From the IMG/VR virus record IMGVR_UViG_3300028805_000080: 64,000 nt of DNA; one strand, given 5' to 3'. Position numbers and translations under genes: made by a program. The stretch is from a virus. Its lineage: Duplodnaviria > Heunggongvirae > Uroviricota > Caudoviricetes. Below the pieces are notes generated by a model. It ran no database searches, was not told the origin of the DNA, and saw only the letters and a program-made list of their open reading frames with translations. Shown here piece by piece: positions 48,360-58,768 of the stretch (the first letter of the stretch is position 1; each line of letters begins with the position of its first letter).

Positions 48360-50753
48360 TTAATCTGTAATATGTCCATCAACTATTGTTAAAGGATTAA
48401 ATGAAACATAGATTTCATCTGAACTTGTATGAGCAACATTATATCTACCAACTTTTACATAATTGTAAATATTATTTTGTGGAGTATTGATTACTAATAG
48501 AAGTTTTGTTCCTTTATAAAGTAATATATCACCAGGTAATAGATTCTTTGTCAATGAAGTGGTTTCATCATTATCTGTAAATATCTTGCTTGGTAAATTA
48601 ATTTCATAAGCAAATTTCTCTTTATTTTTAGTCAAAGTTATTCTATCAACCGATTCAAAATAATCTAAAAGATATTGTCCGCCAATATTATCATTTATAT
48701 TGAATTCAAATTCGGCTAAGTCTCCTTGATTATCATTTACTGGCATTACATATTCAATAGAAGTTCCATCAACATTAAGTTTCTCTTTATAATACATATA
48801 ATATTTCTTAATAAATGCAAGAGGATCTAATGTATATTGGAATTTAATTGGTTTAGAATTTGAAGTATATTTACCAGTTTCCATAATTTCATCACCAAAA
48901 GCATTACGTAACTTTAGATATTCTTTTCTTGTCAAATCATGAGAATCTTGTCCTACAATAGATATATTACCACTAAATTCATTCAATCCAATATATTTTA
49001 ATTTCAATACATCATTTACTTTATAGTTTATAAAATTGATACCAACAAGATTTGTATTATTGACAATACCATCTTTTAATATTGATATTTCTTTTCCTTC
49101 AACTTGTGTATTATCGAGAATATCTACCCAAGTCTTAATGAATGATTGAATATTCAAACCAGCACCACTTACATTATTCAAAGTTACATTTATCAAATTA
49201 GATGTTGGAGTATAATTGAACTCATCGATTTGAATATTCTTTAATGATAATGTATTCAATGTTTCTGGTAATGATATATATTCAAATTCAAGATTTTGTT
49301 TAGGAATAAATGATTTGATATTACTTCCAATAGCATTGAATATCTTAAGATTAGATAATTTATTCAATGTAAAATCTTTCTTCAAATTAGAACAATTTAC
49401 AATATCAATTTCTTTAAGAGACTTTAGATTACTAATACCATAAATTTCTTCTATAGGACTTTCATAATCCATTGAGCCAATACGTAAATATTCAAGATTA
49501 GAAACATTATTATTTTCAATTATCCAGTTAGTATTTGTAGTCTCATATACATTAATCTTCTTATCATATTTATTGATAAGATTAATCTTCTTTATATTAT
49601 TAGAAATACTTGTAAAATCTAATCCTTTAATATTTTCTGGATTTACAATATCAAATGTTTGTATTTCTTCAAGATCTTCTAAATTACTAATATTGAATTC
49701 TGTCAAATCATCACATAGTTTATCTTGTCCACAAACTTTATTAGTATTTATATTTACATTGAAATAATTTTCATTCAATGGATCAACTTTTACTAATAAG
49801 TCATTTTCTTGTAAATTAGTAGTATCAATATCAAAAGTAATTCTATTATTGAACCAATTATTATATTTACTATTGAAATTGAAATAAGCATAAAGATTCT
49901 TATTATTCAAAGAATAAGTATTCAAGTTAAGGGTCAATACATTATCTAATTCAGATATAAAATAAGTCTTCAAATCTCCATATTCTTCAACAACTCTGCT
50001 AGTATTGTTTTCAAAGAATAATTCCATACGGTTATCAAATCTATTAATATCTGATATAGAATATGTATAATATGTATTGAATCCTGTATAAGTTTGATCT
50101 GTAGGAACATAAGCAATTGTACCATCAGCTAATGTAATTTGACGCATGATGTAACCAGTATAAGCAACATCATAAGCAATTTCCATATAGTTATAGTCTA
50201 CAAATTGATTACTAAAGTCATATGTTTTTGTCTCAAATCCTTCTGTAACTGTATAGATAGTATTTTCTCCTCTATAAGGATATTTCTTATGTGCATATGA
50301 TATTTCTTTAAGCTCTACATTATTCTTATAGTAATTAAGCTTATTGAATCTCATATCATTAACATTCAATAACAATTCAATTAATTTTTGAGATGGAATC
50401 ATATATGTATTATCAAAATCACTATTCAAGTCATCTTCATAATTATAATTGAAAGTAAGAATATTCTTATCAATTTTAATATCAACTTGATTATTCTTGA
50501 ACTTACCCATATATGATATAGTTGCATTGATAATATCACCAATATTATTATATTTAGTAGGATTTTCACCAAATATATTAGAAGGCATATTTGACCAATA
50601 ACTATTATTATCTCGTGTTAATGATAATTCTCCAAAATATGATGTTTCAGTGCCATATAGTCTATTCTCTACAGCATAAGCAGCTTCTTCAGCTTCTCTA
50701 CCAGAATAGAATGTGATATTTGGCAATACTGATACTGTTATTGTTTTATTCAT
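48360..50753 (-). CDS. Tail fibre / receptor-binding-like protein with leucine-rich-repeat-like segments.
   Basis: 'NLEYLRIGS...ISNLKSLKEIDIVNCSNLK...LSNLKIFNA' LRR-like periodicity. Asn/Tyr-rich. Adjacent to the fibre genes. Confidence 0.4.
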   Translation of the reverse strand: MNKTITVSVLPNITFYSGREAEEAAYAVENRLYGTETSYFGELSLTRDNNSYWSNMPSNIFGENPTKYNNIGDIINATISYMGKFKNNQVDIKIDKNILTFNYNYEDDLNSDFDNTYMIPSQKLIELLLNVNDMRFNKLNYYKNNVELKEISYAHKKYPYRGENTIYTVTEGFETKTYDFSNQFVDYNYMEIAYDVAYTGYIMRQITLADGTIAYVPTDQTYTGFNTYYTYSISDINRFDNRMELFFENNTSRVVEEYGDLKTYFISELDNVLTLNLNTYSLNNKNLYAYFNFNSKYNNWFNNRITFDIDTTNLQENDLLVKVDPLNENYFNVNINTNKVCGQDKLCDDLTEFNISNLEDLEEIQTFDIVNPENIKGLDFTSISNNIKKINLINKYDKKINVYETTNTNWIIENNNVSNLEYLRIGSMDYESPIEEIYGISNLKSLKEIDIVNCSNLKKDFTLNKLSNLKIFNAIGSNIKSFIPKQNLEFEYISLPETLNTLSLKNIQIDEFNYTPTSNLINVTLNNVSGAGLNIQSFIKTWVDILDNTQVEGKEISILKDGIVNNTNLVGINFINYKVNDVLKLKYIGLNEFSGNISIVGQDSHDLTRKEYLKLRNAFGDEIMETGKYTSNSKPIKFQYTLDPLAFIKKYYMYYKEKLNVDGTSIEYVMPVNDNQGDLAEFEFNINDNIGGQYLLDYFESVDRITLTKNKEKFAYEINLPSKIFTDNDETTSLTKNLLPGDILLYKGTKLLLVINTPQNNIYNYVKVGRYNVAHTSSDEIYVSFNPLTIVDGHITD

Positions 50754-50762
50754 ATATTATCA

Positions 50763-53450
50763 TTAATTAATTATATTTATTGTACATTTTTGACTTAAGT
50801 TAGTTCCATCAATAGTCTTTACAAATATTTCAGTTTCACCTTCTGATATACTTAAGATATTACCTAAATTATCAATAGTTGCTATTTCTGGATTTGTTGA
50901 TTCAAATGTAATATTTTGATTTGTTGTATTATCAGGAACTACTGTGGCAATTAATGAATAAGTCTCATTTACATTCAATGTCAATTGGGTATCTGATAAT
51001 AACAATTCTCTAGTAGGTATAGAAACATTTGCATTTATACTTGTAATGATACCACTATTATCATCGGCCATAGCATAAATCTTAGCTTTACCTTCACCTA
51101 TAGCTGTTACACGACCATTCATAACTTTGATTATATCTTCATCAGATGTGTACCAAATAAGTGTCTTGTTATATGCATCAGCAGGAGTAATTACATAAGG
51201 TATATTGTATTCATTACCAATATAAAGATCAATGTCATTTCCTTCATTCATCTCTATTGCTGTAATCAATGTTACAGAGCTTACATGACATCTAGCAAAA
51301 ACTCCACTTCCATCAGCAGCTTCAGCAGTTATTACAGCATCTCCTCCAGCAATTGATCTAACAAATCCAGTTTGGTCTACAGAAACTTTATCTGGATCAC
51401 TTGATGTCCAAATGATTGTCTTGTCATCAGCATCATCATTTACTGTAGCTTCTAATTGATAAGTATCTCCTAAGTCAAGTGATACTACAGATTCATTCAA
51501 TTCTAAGCTTCTTACAGGAGTATAGCTAATTATTGTAACGTAAGTATGAACATCTGATCCATCCTTTGGTGAAACAACAATTTCAGTATTTGTCTTAGAA
51601 CTAATATATATTCTACCATCTATACCATTAGTTTCATTACCAATAGATACTGAACTATTTGGAGTAACCACTGACCAATTAAGAGTCTTATTAGATGCAT
51701 TTTCTGGTCCTACTTCAGCTTCAATCTTAGTAGAATGTCCTACTAATATATTCAATGAATCTTTAACTTCAAACTCTTCAACATTAGGATCAGCTATTAT
51801 ATTGATAAGAGTATCATCAATAGTAAGCTTAGAATTTCCTTGTTGAGCTAAAGTAATAGTCTTAGTTCTATTGTTTAATGTAAGATTACTTGAAATCTTG
51901 ATTATAGAATCATCTTTCATAATTTCTTCTCCAAGTAATTCATTTATTGTTTCTTTATTCAATTGAGATCCAATATTACCAATAATTACTTTATTAGTAT
52001 TCTTTACATAAATAGTTTCAACAGCTGTATCAACTGTTACATCAATACGACTAATAATATCACTACCATCGGTAGACTCAGCATAAATTGTTACACGACC
52101 TTCAGAGTTCAATGTAATCTTACCAGTCTCATCAACAGTGGCAATTTCATCATCGCTAGAATACCAATTGATTGTTGGGTTTGTAGCATCTTCAGGAACA
52201 ACTGTAGCATGTATTTGTTGCTCATATCCCTTGAATGCTTTAATAGTTGTTGTATCAAATAATATATCAATTACTGGAATTACAACATTAATATTTATTG
52301 TGGCAAATATACTTGAATTTTCTTCTGAGTAAATCTTGATGCTTGTTTCTCCACGCTTACCTAATGCCATAATTCTACCATCTTCAAATACCTTAACCAT
52401 CTCTTCATCATATTCAATACATATTGGTGAATTAAGATAATCAGTAGGTAATATATCAATACTCTTTGTAATGATTGAATTGATAGGTAATGTGATATTT
52501 GGATTAACAACTGTAATACTAGTAATTGGTTTATGAAGTATGACAATTTCTTCTTCTTTAGGATCTTTATCTACTACTCCATCATCACCTAATTCTTCAT
52601 CACTATATATCAATGTAGCTTTGACATCTTCTGATTTAGTAACAAACTCTAAATCCATCCAAACCGGTATACTAACCTTCTCATATACCCACTCAGAAAC
52701 ACCTTCACCTGTATCTTCATTAGTAATAGTTGTCTTAAGCCATCTAGTATAGTATTCTCTATCTGGATTTCCAAGATAATAATCATTCCAAATATCAAAT
52801 GAAGAATTAGCTTCAACATAGTCATTCAATGTCTCATCGAAATAATAATATCTTTCATCAGCTTCATCTTCATAAGTCCAATATTTGATATAAGTCTTAT
52901 GATTTACATTGTCATTATGGATAATAAAAGTATTTTGATTATTATTTCTTGTTCTAAACTCTAAATCAATAAATACTTGCTCATTGAATCTAAGTTGATA
53001 TTCTTCATCAGTCATTATTACTTCAGATATTGACTTCAAGAAATCTTCTAATACTTTACCACGATAAGCAGACCAAACTTTAGTGCTATCATTTGTAACA
53101 TCATCATTAACAATAACAAGAACATCTTGAGCACGATTCAATACTTCTTGTTGATTGAAAGATTGACCTTTATCACCTTGAGGACCTTTGTTACCATCTT
53201 CTCCAGTTTCTCCTTGGGTACCATTATAAACATAAAGATATTGACTTTCATTAGTATCATAATCAATACGAATAGAATTCAAATGATCATTACCATCACC
53301 TAATTGATTGATACCAACGATTTTTCTACCTTTAATAGATGATAAATCAATTTTATAGTTACTTTTACCAGATGCAACAATAGTCTTACCACCAGTTATG
53401 AGTTTATATAGAATAGGTAAATCTGATAGTTTATTTACTTTTGTTATCAT
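50763..53450 (-). CDS. Tail fibre protein with a collagen-like Gly-X-Y segment and multiple Big_2 (bacterial Ig-like) domains.
   Basis: 'GETGEDGNKGPQGDKGQS'. At least four Big_2-like repeats, e.g. 'YQLEATVNDDADDKTIIWTSSDPDKVSVDQTGFV...'. Confidence 0.55.
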   Translation of the reverse strand: MITKVNKLSDLPILYKLITGGKTIVASGKSNYKIDLSSIKGRKIVGINQLGDGNDHLNSIRIDYDTNESQYLYVYNGTQGETGEDGNKGPQGDKGQSFNQQEVLNRAQDVLVIVNDDVTNDSTKVWSAYRGKVLEDFLKSISEVIMTDEEYQLRFNEQVFIDLEFRTRNNNQNTFIIHNDNVNHKTYIKYWTYEDEADERYYYFDETLNDYVEANSSFDIWNDYYLGNPDREYYTRWLKTTITNEDTGEGVSEWVYEKVSIPVWMDLEFVTKSEDVKATLIYSDEELGDDGVVDKDPKEEEIVILHKPITSITVVNPNITLPINSIITKSIDILPTDYLNSPICIEYDEEMVKVFEDGRIMALGKRGETSIKIYSEENSSIFATININVVIPVIDILFDTTTIKAFKGYEQQIHATVVPEDATNPTINWYSSDDEIATVDETGKITLNSEGRVTIYAESTDGSDIISRIDVTVDTAVETIYVKNTNKVIIGNIGSQLNKETINELLGEEIMKDDSIIKISSNLTLNNRTKTITLAQQGNSKLTIDDTLINIIADPNVEEFEVKDSLNILVGHSTKIEAEVGPENASNKTLNWSVVTPNSSVSIGNETNGIDGRIYISSKTNTEIVVSPKDGSDVHTYVTIISYTPVRSLELNESVVSLDLGDTYQLEATVNDDADDKTIIWTSSDPDKVSVDQTGFVRSIAGGDAVITAEAADGSGVFARCHVSSVTLITAIEMNEGNDIDLYIGNEYNIPYVITPADAYNKTLIWYTSDEDIIKVMNGRVTAIGEGKAKIYAMADDNSGIITSINANVSIPTRELLLSDTQLTLNVNETYSLIATVVPDNTTNQNITFESTNPEIATIDNLGNILSISEGETEIFVKTIDGTNLSQKCTINIIN

Positions 53451-53467
53451 ATGTTATTTATCTATAT

Positions 53468-53641
53468 TTAATTTTTCCAACCATCAGTATTAGACCATGG
53501 TTTATCATTTATCCAATATCCACGACCAAAACAACTTCTAATATATTGCCATATAAGCTTATGTCCTTCATATATAGCAGCTATATGACGTGTACCTTTA
53601 TATATGGTTGTTATTTGTCTATTATCTACATATAAAGCCAT
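53468..53641 (-). CDS. Possible 57-aa protein 'MALYVDNRQITTIYKGTRHIAAIYEGHKLIWQYIRSCFGRGYWINDKPWSNTDGWKN'. It probably replaces the + strand track ORF 53441..53635.
   Basis: Lies between two - strand fibre genes with short gaps. Trp/Gly-rich. Confidence 0.3.
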   Translation of the reverse strand: MALYVDNRQITTIYKGTRHIAAIYEGHKLIWQYIRSCFGRGYWINDKPWSNTDGWKN

Positions 53642-53659
53642 GATTAATAATTGATTTTT

Positions 53660-54199
53660 TTATTCTTCAAATATATAATATTTTGTATCATCATATATTC
53701 TTCCTTCACTTTCAGCTCTATCATATTCATCTTGAGTATCAAAATAAACTTCTTTAAGTTCTGAAACTTGTTGATTAAGAATCATACCCATTGCAGCACT
53801 AAGCATACGTTCAGTAAGCTCTTCATCAGTAAAGTTTGCACCATCTAAAGAATTTACAATCAAACTCTTGATGTCATCAGCTGTTTGGTTATATAATGCA
53901 ATACCACTATCACCACGTTCACCTTTATCACCAGTTTGACCTTTTAGGCCTTGTGAACCTTTCTTACCATTATAGATAGTAAATGATTGTGATGTTCCAT
54001 CATTAAGATTCATAGTAATAGTATTTGCAGCACCATCGCCATCATTATTTGTTTGTGTAATACTGTTAATAATATTACCAATTAAAAGTTGAGTTGGAAT
54101 TTTATAAGATTTACCTTTATAAGCAACCATTAAATACTCATCACCAGTAAGATTATTTAATTGGTTAAAACTAGATATTTTTCTTCCATTTACAGCCAT
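53660..54199 (-). CDS. Short tail-fibre-like protein with a collagen-like segment.
   Basis: 'GKKGSQGLKGQTGDKGERGDSG'. Its N-terminal ~90 aa are homologous to the N-terminus of the 50763..53450 protein. Confidence 0.45.
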   Translation of the reverse strand: MAVNGRKISSFNQLNNLTGDEYLMVAYKGKSYKIPTQLLIGNIINSITQTNNDGDGAANTITMNLNDGTSQSFTIYNGKKGSQGLKGQTGDKGERGDSGIALYNQTADDIKSLIVNSLDGANFTDEELTERMLSAAMGMILNQQVSELKEVYFDTQDEYDRAESEGRIYDDTKYYIFEE

Positions 54200-54254
54200 T
54201 TTAGTATATTATAAATAATTTTAAACATTTCTATTAATCAATTTAGAGTAGTAT

Positions 54255-54437
54255 TTACACATATTCCATGACCATAAAAGCATCTTCCTCTTCAGTCATG
54301 ATAATATCTTTGTTGTTTTCTCCCATGATTACAACAAATCCACTAAAATTCTTATTGATATAATTATCTAGGAAATCACCTTCATTAAGGTCAAAGTTTT
54401 CACTATCTGTATAAATCAATATACTCTTTTTATCCAT
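54255..54437 (-). CDS. Hypothetical small acidic protein.
   Basis: ORF only. Confidence 0.25.
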   Translation of the reverse strand: MDKKSILIYTDSENFDLNEGDFLDNYINKNFSGFVVIMGENNKDIIMTEEEDAFMVMEYV

Positions 54438-54544
54438 AATTCTTAATTAATTTATTTAAGTCTTTAATTTATTAAAAATAAATATTATTGAAAGGTTATT
54501 TTAGGAAATACTATTTTAAATTATAAAAATACAAAGTAGATTAT

Positions 54545-54868
54545 ATGGATTTCATTAATTCAATATCAACTATTGAAAATGTTAATTTTTCAAAACCAAC
54601 AACAACTTTAGATGAAGATTTATTCAAAGAAGATGTTATTGATGAGAATGATATTGATAATTGGACAATTGATGATTTGTTTGGTGCTATTCCTAAGACA
54701 TTAGAATGCTTTGGTGAACATATTTGTAGTTTTCATCTATGGTATAATAAAGAAATGAATATGTGGAATTGCTCATATGATACTGATTGGGGAGACCATT
54801 GTTATGCGAATCATCATGAAGACTTGTTTGAATGTTTAAAACTATTATATACTGAGATAAATGAATAA
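54545..54868 (+). CDS. Hypothetical protein.
   Basis: ORF only. Confidence 0.3.
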   Translation: MDFINSISTIENVNFSKPTTTLDEDLFKEDVIDENDIDNWTIDDLFGAIPKTLECFGEHICSFHLWYNKEMNMWNCSYDTDWGDHCYANHHEDLFECLKLLYTEINE

Positions 54869-55304
54869 AATAAATTGGAGTACTCTTAAAAAAGAAGATA
54901 AATTATATTTATTGATTCCTATATTAGAAAATGATGGAATCATTAATTATATTTATCAAGAGAGTCAAGTAATTAATGTTCATCATTATAGTTGGTGTGC
55001 TAATATCAGATTTAAGTATACTAACAATAATGGTAAAAGACAACGTGTAGAATTATGTGTCAATAAATTAAAATTTGACTATCCTGTGGTCAATATTTCA
55101 AAAGAGACAGGATGGGCAAGAGATAATGAAATCAATTTTGGAGATATTCTTGTATCATTTGAAAAAGATAATCTTAAAATAATATTTAGAGATGTTATTA
55201 GCAATACAATTGACTTAGAATATAAAAGAATAGAAACTATAAAGAATAATATAAATAATCTTAAAAAATCATATGAAAAATTTTTTAGAGAAACAAAAAT
55301 ATAA
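54861..55304 (+). CDS. Hypothetical protein.
   Basis: Overlapping start. Confidence 0.3.
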   Translation: MNKINWSTLKKEDKLYLLIPILENDGIINYIYQESQVINVHHYSWCANIRFKYTNNNGKRQRVELCVNKLKFDYPVVNISKETGWARDNEINFGDILVSFEKDNLKIIFRDVISNTIDLEYKRIETIKNNINNLKKSYEKFFRETKI

Positions 55305-55722
55305 AATAATGAAAGACTTGCAGAATGGAGATTTTGTATATATATTAAATGTAAATAAAGATCCAATGATTATACTAGATTGTATTATTCAAAATGTATT
55401 TACAAATGGACCAGGAATTTCTTCAATATATTCAAATAAGTTTAAAATCATATTACCTGATGGAAGTATTAGATATTTTTACTCAAATGTTCCGAATATT
55501 AGTTTTGGAAAATTTGAAATATATGATATAGAATATCCTGATTTAGATTATGATAAAGGAGATGAATATTTTATTTGTACTAATAGAGATTACTTGATTG
55601 ATGAATATATAAGTAATTCTAAGAAAGCAATTGATTATTGGGAAACTATTATAAAAAACTATACTGAATTACTAGAAACTGAAAAGAAAAGAATATTATA
55701 TATTGAACAACAAAGAATATGA
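55273..55722 (+). CDS. Hypothetical protein.
   Basis: ORF only. Confidence 0.3.
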   Translation: MKNFLEKQKYKIMKDLQNGDFVYILNVNKDPMIILDCIIQNVFTNGPGISSIYSNKFKIILPDGSIRYFYSNVPNISFGKFEIYDIEYPDLDYDKGDEYFICTNRDYLIDEYISNSKKAIDYWETIIKNYTELLETEKKRILYIEQQRI

Positions 55723-56309
55723 TAAAATGGAAAACCGGAGATATATTCAATACTTCTTGTAAGACAATTGTCAATACAGTAAATTGTGAAGGAGTAATGG
55801 GTAAAGGACTAGCATTAGAGTGTAAGAAACGTTATCCATTTATGTTTAAAGTATATCAATATGCTTGTGCTTATGGAAAGAATGGAACACCAGATCATCC
55901 TATATTAAAAGAAGGTGGAGATTTATATTTCTATTGGAATCCTAAAGCTAATAAAGATGAAGCTTGGTTACCATTTGATAATGAATTAGAGAAAATACTT
56001 CCTAATATTTATGAAGTATATGATAAGCACCATATATTGAATTTTGCCACAAAAGTATTTTGGAGAAATCCATCAAAATTAGAATGGATAGAAAGAGGAC
56101 TTTATAATTTTTGTATAAAAGATTATGAATATGGAGATATAAAACATAAATATTATAATTTAGGTCCAGATACTTATAATAAAGCATTGACTTCTATTGC
56201 ATGGCCAAAATTAGGATGTTCAAATGGAGGACTAAGATGGGAAGATGTAAAACAATTAATGATTAAATATTTAGATCCATTACCATTTGTTTGTGAAATT
56301 TATGAATAA
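55719..56309 (+). CDS. Macro domain (ADP-ribose binding/hydrolase) protein.
   Basis: 'GDIFNTSCKTIVNTVNCEGVMGKGLALE' resembles the macro 'GDIT..DAIVNAAN..L..GGGV..AI' pattern. 'IAWPKLGCSNGG' resembles 'iAfPaistG'. Confidence 0.5.
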   Translation: MIKWKTGDIFNTSCKTIVNTVNCEGVMGKGLALECKKRYPFMFKVYQYACAYGKNGTPDHPILKEGGDLYFYWNPKANKDEAWLPFDNELEKILPNIYEVYDKHHILNFATKVFWRNPSKLEWIERGLYNFCIKDYEYGDIKHKYYNLGPDTYNKALTSIAWPKLGCSNGGLRWEDVKQLMIKYLDPLPFVCEIYE

Positions 56310-56337
56310 AGAAATATTAAATTAATTTAAATATATT

Positions 56338-56688
56338 ATGATAGATAGTTATACAAAAGTTATTTATGGATGGAAATTAACCGGAGATAATGTTAATAAA
56401 ATCCAAAAAGAATTAGAGAATATTGATGAAGATTATATAAATATATTGGATTCATTTATTATTGAAGATCCAATGTGTGGCAATTATTTTTATTTTGGTG
56501 CATTATTAGGTTCATTTGATAATGATTTTGGAGATGATGATGCAGAAATTAAAGTTGATGAAAAACTAGTAGAAAAATGCACTTCTAAATATAATAAGAT
56601 GCTTGAAGATAATCCTAAGATAGATAAGGTATTTAAAAAGTATCAAAAAGAAACTCCTCATCTTTATATAATGTTAAACAAATGGTAA
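56338..56688 (+). CDS. Hypothetical protein.
   Basis: ORF only. Confidence 0.3.
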   Translation: MIDSYTKVIYGWKLTGDNVNKIQKELENIDEDYINILDSFIIEDPMCGNYFYFGALLGSFDNDFGDDDAEIKVDEKLVEKCTSKYNKMLEDNPKIDKVFKKYQKETPHLYIMLNKW

Positions 56689-56694
56689 ATTATT

Positions 56695-57411
56695 ATGATT
56701 TATTTTAATAAACAATTAGTAACTGATTTTTATCAATATGATTTAAAGAATTTTACCAAAGATAATTATATATGTTCTTCAGATTCTTATTATAAAGAGT
56801 TTTTTGAAATAATCAAAATGACAGATGAAATTATTGAGCAATTATTTGAAAATTCTCTTTATGAGTTTAGTTTTGTATATTCAATTTCTGGAGAAGGATT
56901 AAATAAAGAAATAGAATTCAAGAAATTCAAGATATTCACAACATGTAATAATATATTCAAAAGAATGTATTATGAACATCATATAACACCTTTAATAGAA
57001 ATTGAAGATAATTGTGGCTGCTTGAGAATCCATATAACTTCTAGTTATAAAAAGAACTATGTATATGATAGTAATGGATGGGGAGATAATACTAGACAAT
57101 CTGGAAGAACAACTAAAAATGCTAATCAATGTATAGAATTAGCTTATAATCAATGGACAACTGAAAGTAATACTCCTGTTAATATAATAGATCATGCCAC
57201 ATTCTCAATGTATTGTAGTGATCCATGGATGAGGGGTAGAAGAATGACTGGAATGAATCAATGTAATAAGCTTTTATTTGATAAAATTAGAGGAAGAATA
57301 GATAATGAATTTCCAGATGAAATGATTAAATTTATTAGAATGACAAATAATTGTGATATATTGTTTATGTTTCCTCATTCTAATAAAATTGATTATGATA
57401 ATATTAGTTAA
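56695..57411 (+). CDS. Hypothetical Cys-rich protein.
   Basis: ORF only. Confidence 0.3.
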   Translation: MIYFNKQLVTDFYQYDLKNFTKDNYICSSDSYYKEFFEIIKMTDEIIEQLFENSLYEFSFVYSISGEGLNKEIEFKKFKIFTTCNNIFKRMYYEHHITPLIEIEDNCGCLRIHITSSYKKNYVYDSNGWGDNTRQSGRTTKNANQCIELAYNQWTTESNTPVNIIDHATFSMYCSDPWMRGRRMTGMNQCNKLLFDKIRGRIDNEFPDEMIKFIRMTNNCDILFMFPHSNKIDYDNIS

Positions 57412-57517
57412 ATATATTAAAAAGTGTTAAATAATAGAATTAATTAATTTTTATTATTTAACATTTTATTTTTTATTGTCTATATTAAAATATTGATTCC
57501 CAAAATAATATAGATAA

Positions 57518-58768
57518 TTGGGAAACGTGGCTAGAATTGTTAATATTAATTTATGTAAAACTAATCAAGCAAAAGTTGATAAGTGGCTTGTTAAATATAG
57601 AAAATCAACAGAAATTCTTGAAGATGATTATAATTATTTAATACAGTTATTAAATAATATTATCAAGAAAGATACATATTCACTTAAAGCTTGTTCTGAA
57701 AAGAATATTGTAGAATTTTATTTAGATTATCTTACAATAGATATGAATAAGAACAAGATAGAAATTTACAATAATAAATATTGGGAAGAAGTCAAGAAAA
57801 ATGTTAGAAAGAAATTAGCATCAAAGTATACAGATGGCAAATTCTTTGATAATAATATTGATATTTATTTTAATGAAGTAAAAGGTGAATATATAAGAAT
57901 TCCATATAATGAATCTGATAATCTTGAACTTTGTGAAGAAAATTATGATATATTCATAAAAAATAATCTTAAATTAGTTATTGAATGCGCAAAAAGGTAT
58001 CAAAATCTTGGATTACCATTTGAAGACTTGATACAAGCTGGTAATATGGGATTATTAATGTGTCTTAAGAAATACAAAAAAGACAAAGCTAATCTTCGAG
58101 TATCAATGCTTAAGATATTAGATCAATCTGAATTAACAAAATTTGATTATGATGAAAGTGAGAAATTAGTTAGAAAGGCTTTTGTATATAATAAGAATTT
58201 AGACACAACTATCAATAAGCTTCCTAAAGATGGATTCAAGAATAAATTAGATTTTGAAATATGGATAAAGAATAATATAAAACCAGCTTCTTTTGCTTCT
58301 GTAGCATTTATGTGGATACGCGCTTATATTATCATTGAGTTAAATCAAGTATCAAGTTTAGTTCATGTACCACAATCAGCTCAAAAGACCGGAACATCAG
58401 TTGCAAATATTATTAGATTAGATAGTATAAATCCACATACAGATGATTGTTACCATGATAATCAAACTTCTAAAATCACTGATGAAGAATTCATTATAGA
58501 AGATGAGAATCTTGAGAATATAGAAAGACAAAATATATTCAAAGATTTAATAGATAATTCATTATATAATCTATCAAATGTAGAAAGAAGAATAGTCAAG
58601 AAAAGATTTGGAATAGATTATCCTTATGAATTATCAATAAATGATATTGCCGAGAATGAAAACCTATCTATTAATAAAGTTAAGTACATATTGAATAATT
58701 CATTAAAGAAAATAGCAAATAGTATACCAGAAAGAGATAAAGAAGTAATACATCAATTATTATCATAA
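57518..58768 (+). CDS. Sigma-70 family RNA polymerase sigma factor (phage-encoded). Start uncertain: the track uses TTG, and the first in-frame ATG is at ~57743.
   Basis: Region 2 'LVIECAKRYQNLGLPFEDLIQAGNMGLLMCLKKY'. Region 4 HTH 'LSNVERRIVKKRFGIDYPYELSINDIAENENLSINKVKYI'. Confidence 0.65.
   Translation: MGNVARIVNINLCKTNQAKVDKWLVKYRKSTEILEDDYNYLIQLLNNIIKKDTYSLKACSEKNIVEFYLDYLTIDMNKNKIEIYNNKYWEEVKKNVRKKLASKYTDGKFFDNNIDIYFNEVKGEYIRIPYNESDNLELCEENYDIFIKNNLKLVIECAKRYQNLGLPFEDLIQAGNMGLLMCLKKYKKDKANLRVSMLKILDQSELTKFDYDESEKLVRKAFVYNKNLDTTINKLPKDGFKNKLDFEIWIKNNIKPASFASVAFMWIRAYIIIELNQVSSLVHVPQSAQKTGTSVANIIRLDSINPHTDDCYHDNQTSKITDEEFIIEDENLENIERQNIFKDLIDNSLYNLSNVERRIVKKRFGIDYPYELSINDIAENENLSINKVKYILNNSLKKIANSIPERDKEVIHQLLS

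Noticed and set aside
53441-53635. + strand 64-aa track ORF between the tail-fibre genes.
   Set aside because: Hydrophobic low-complexity translation. The opposite strand carries a better 57-aa ORF that fits the - strand operon spacing.
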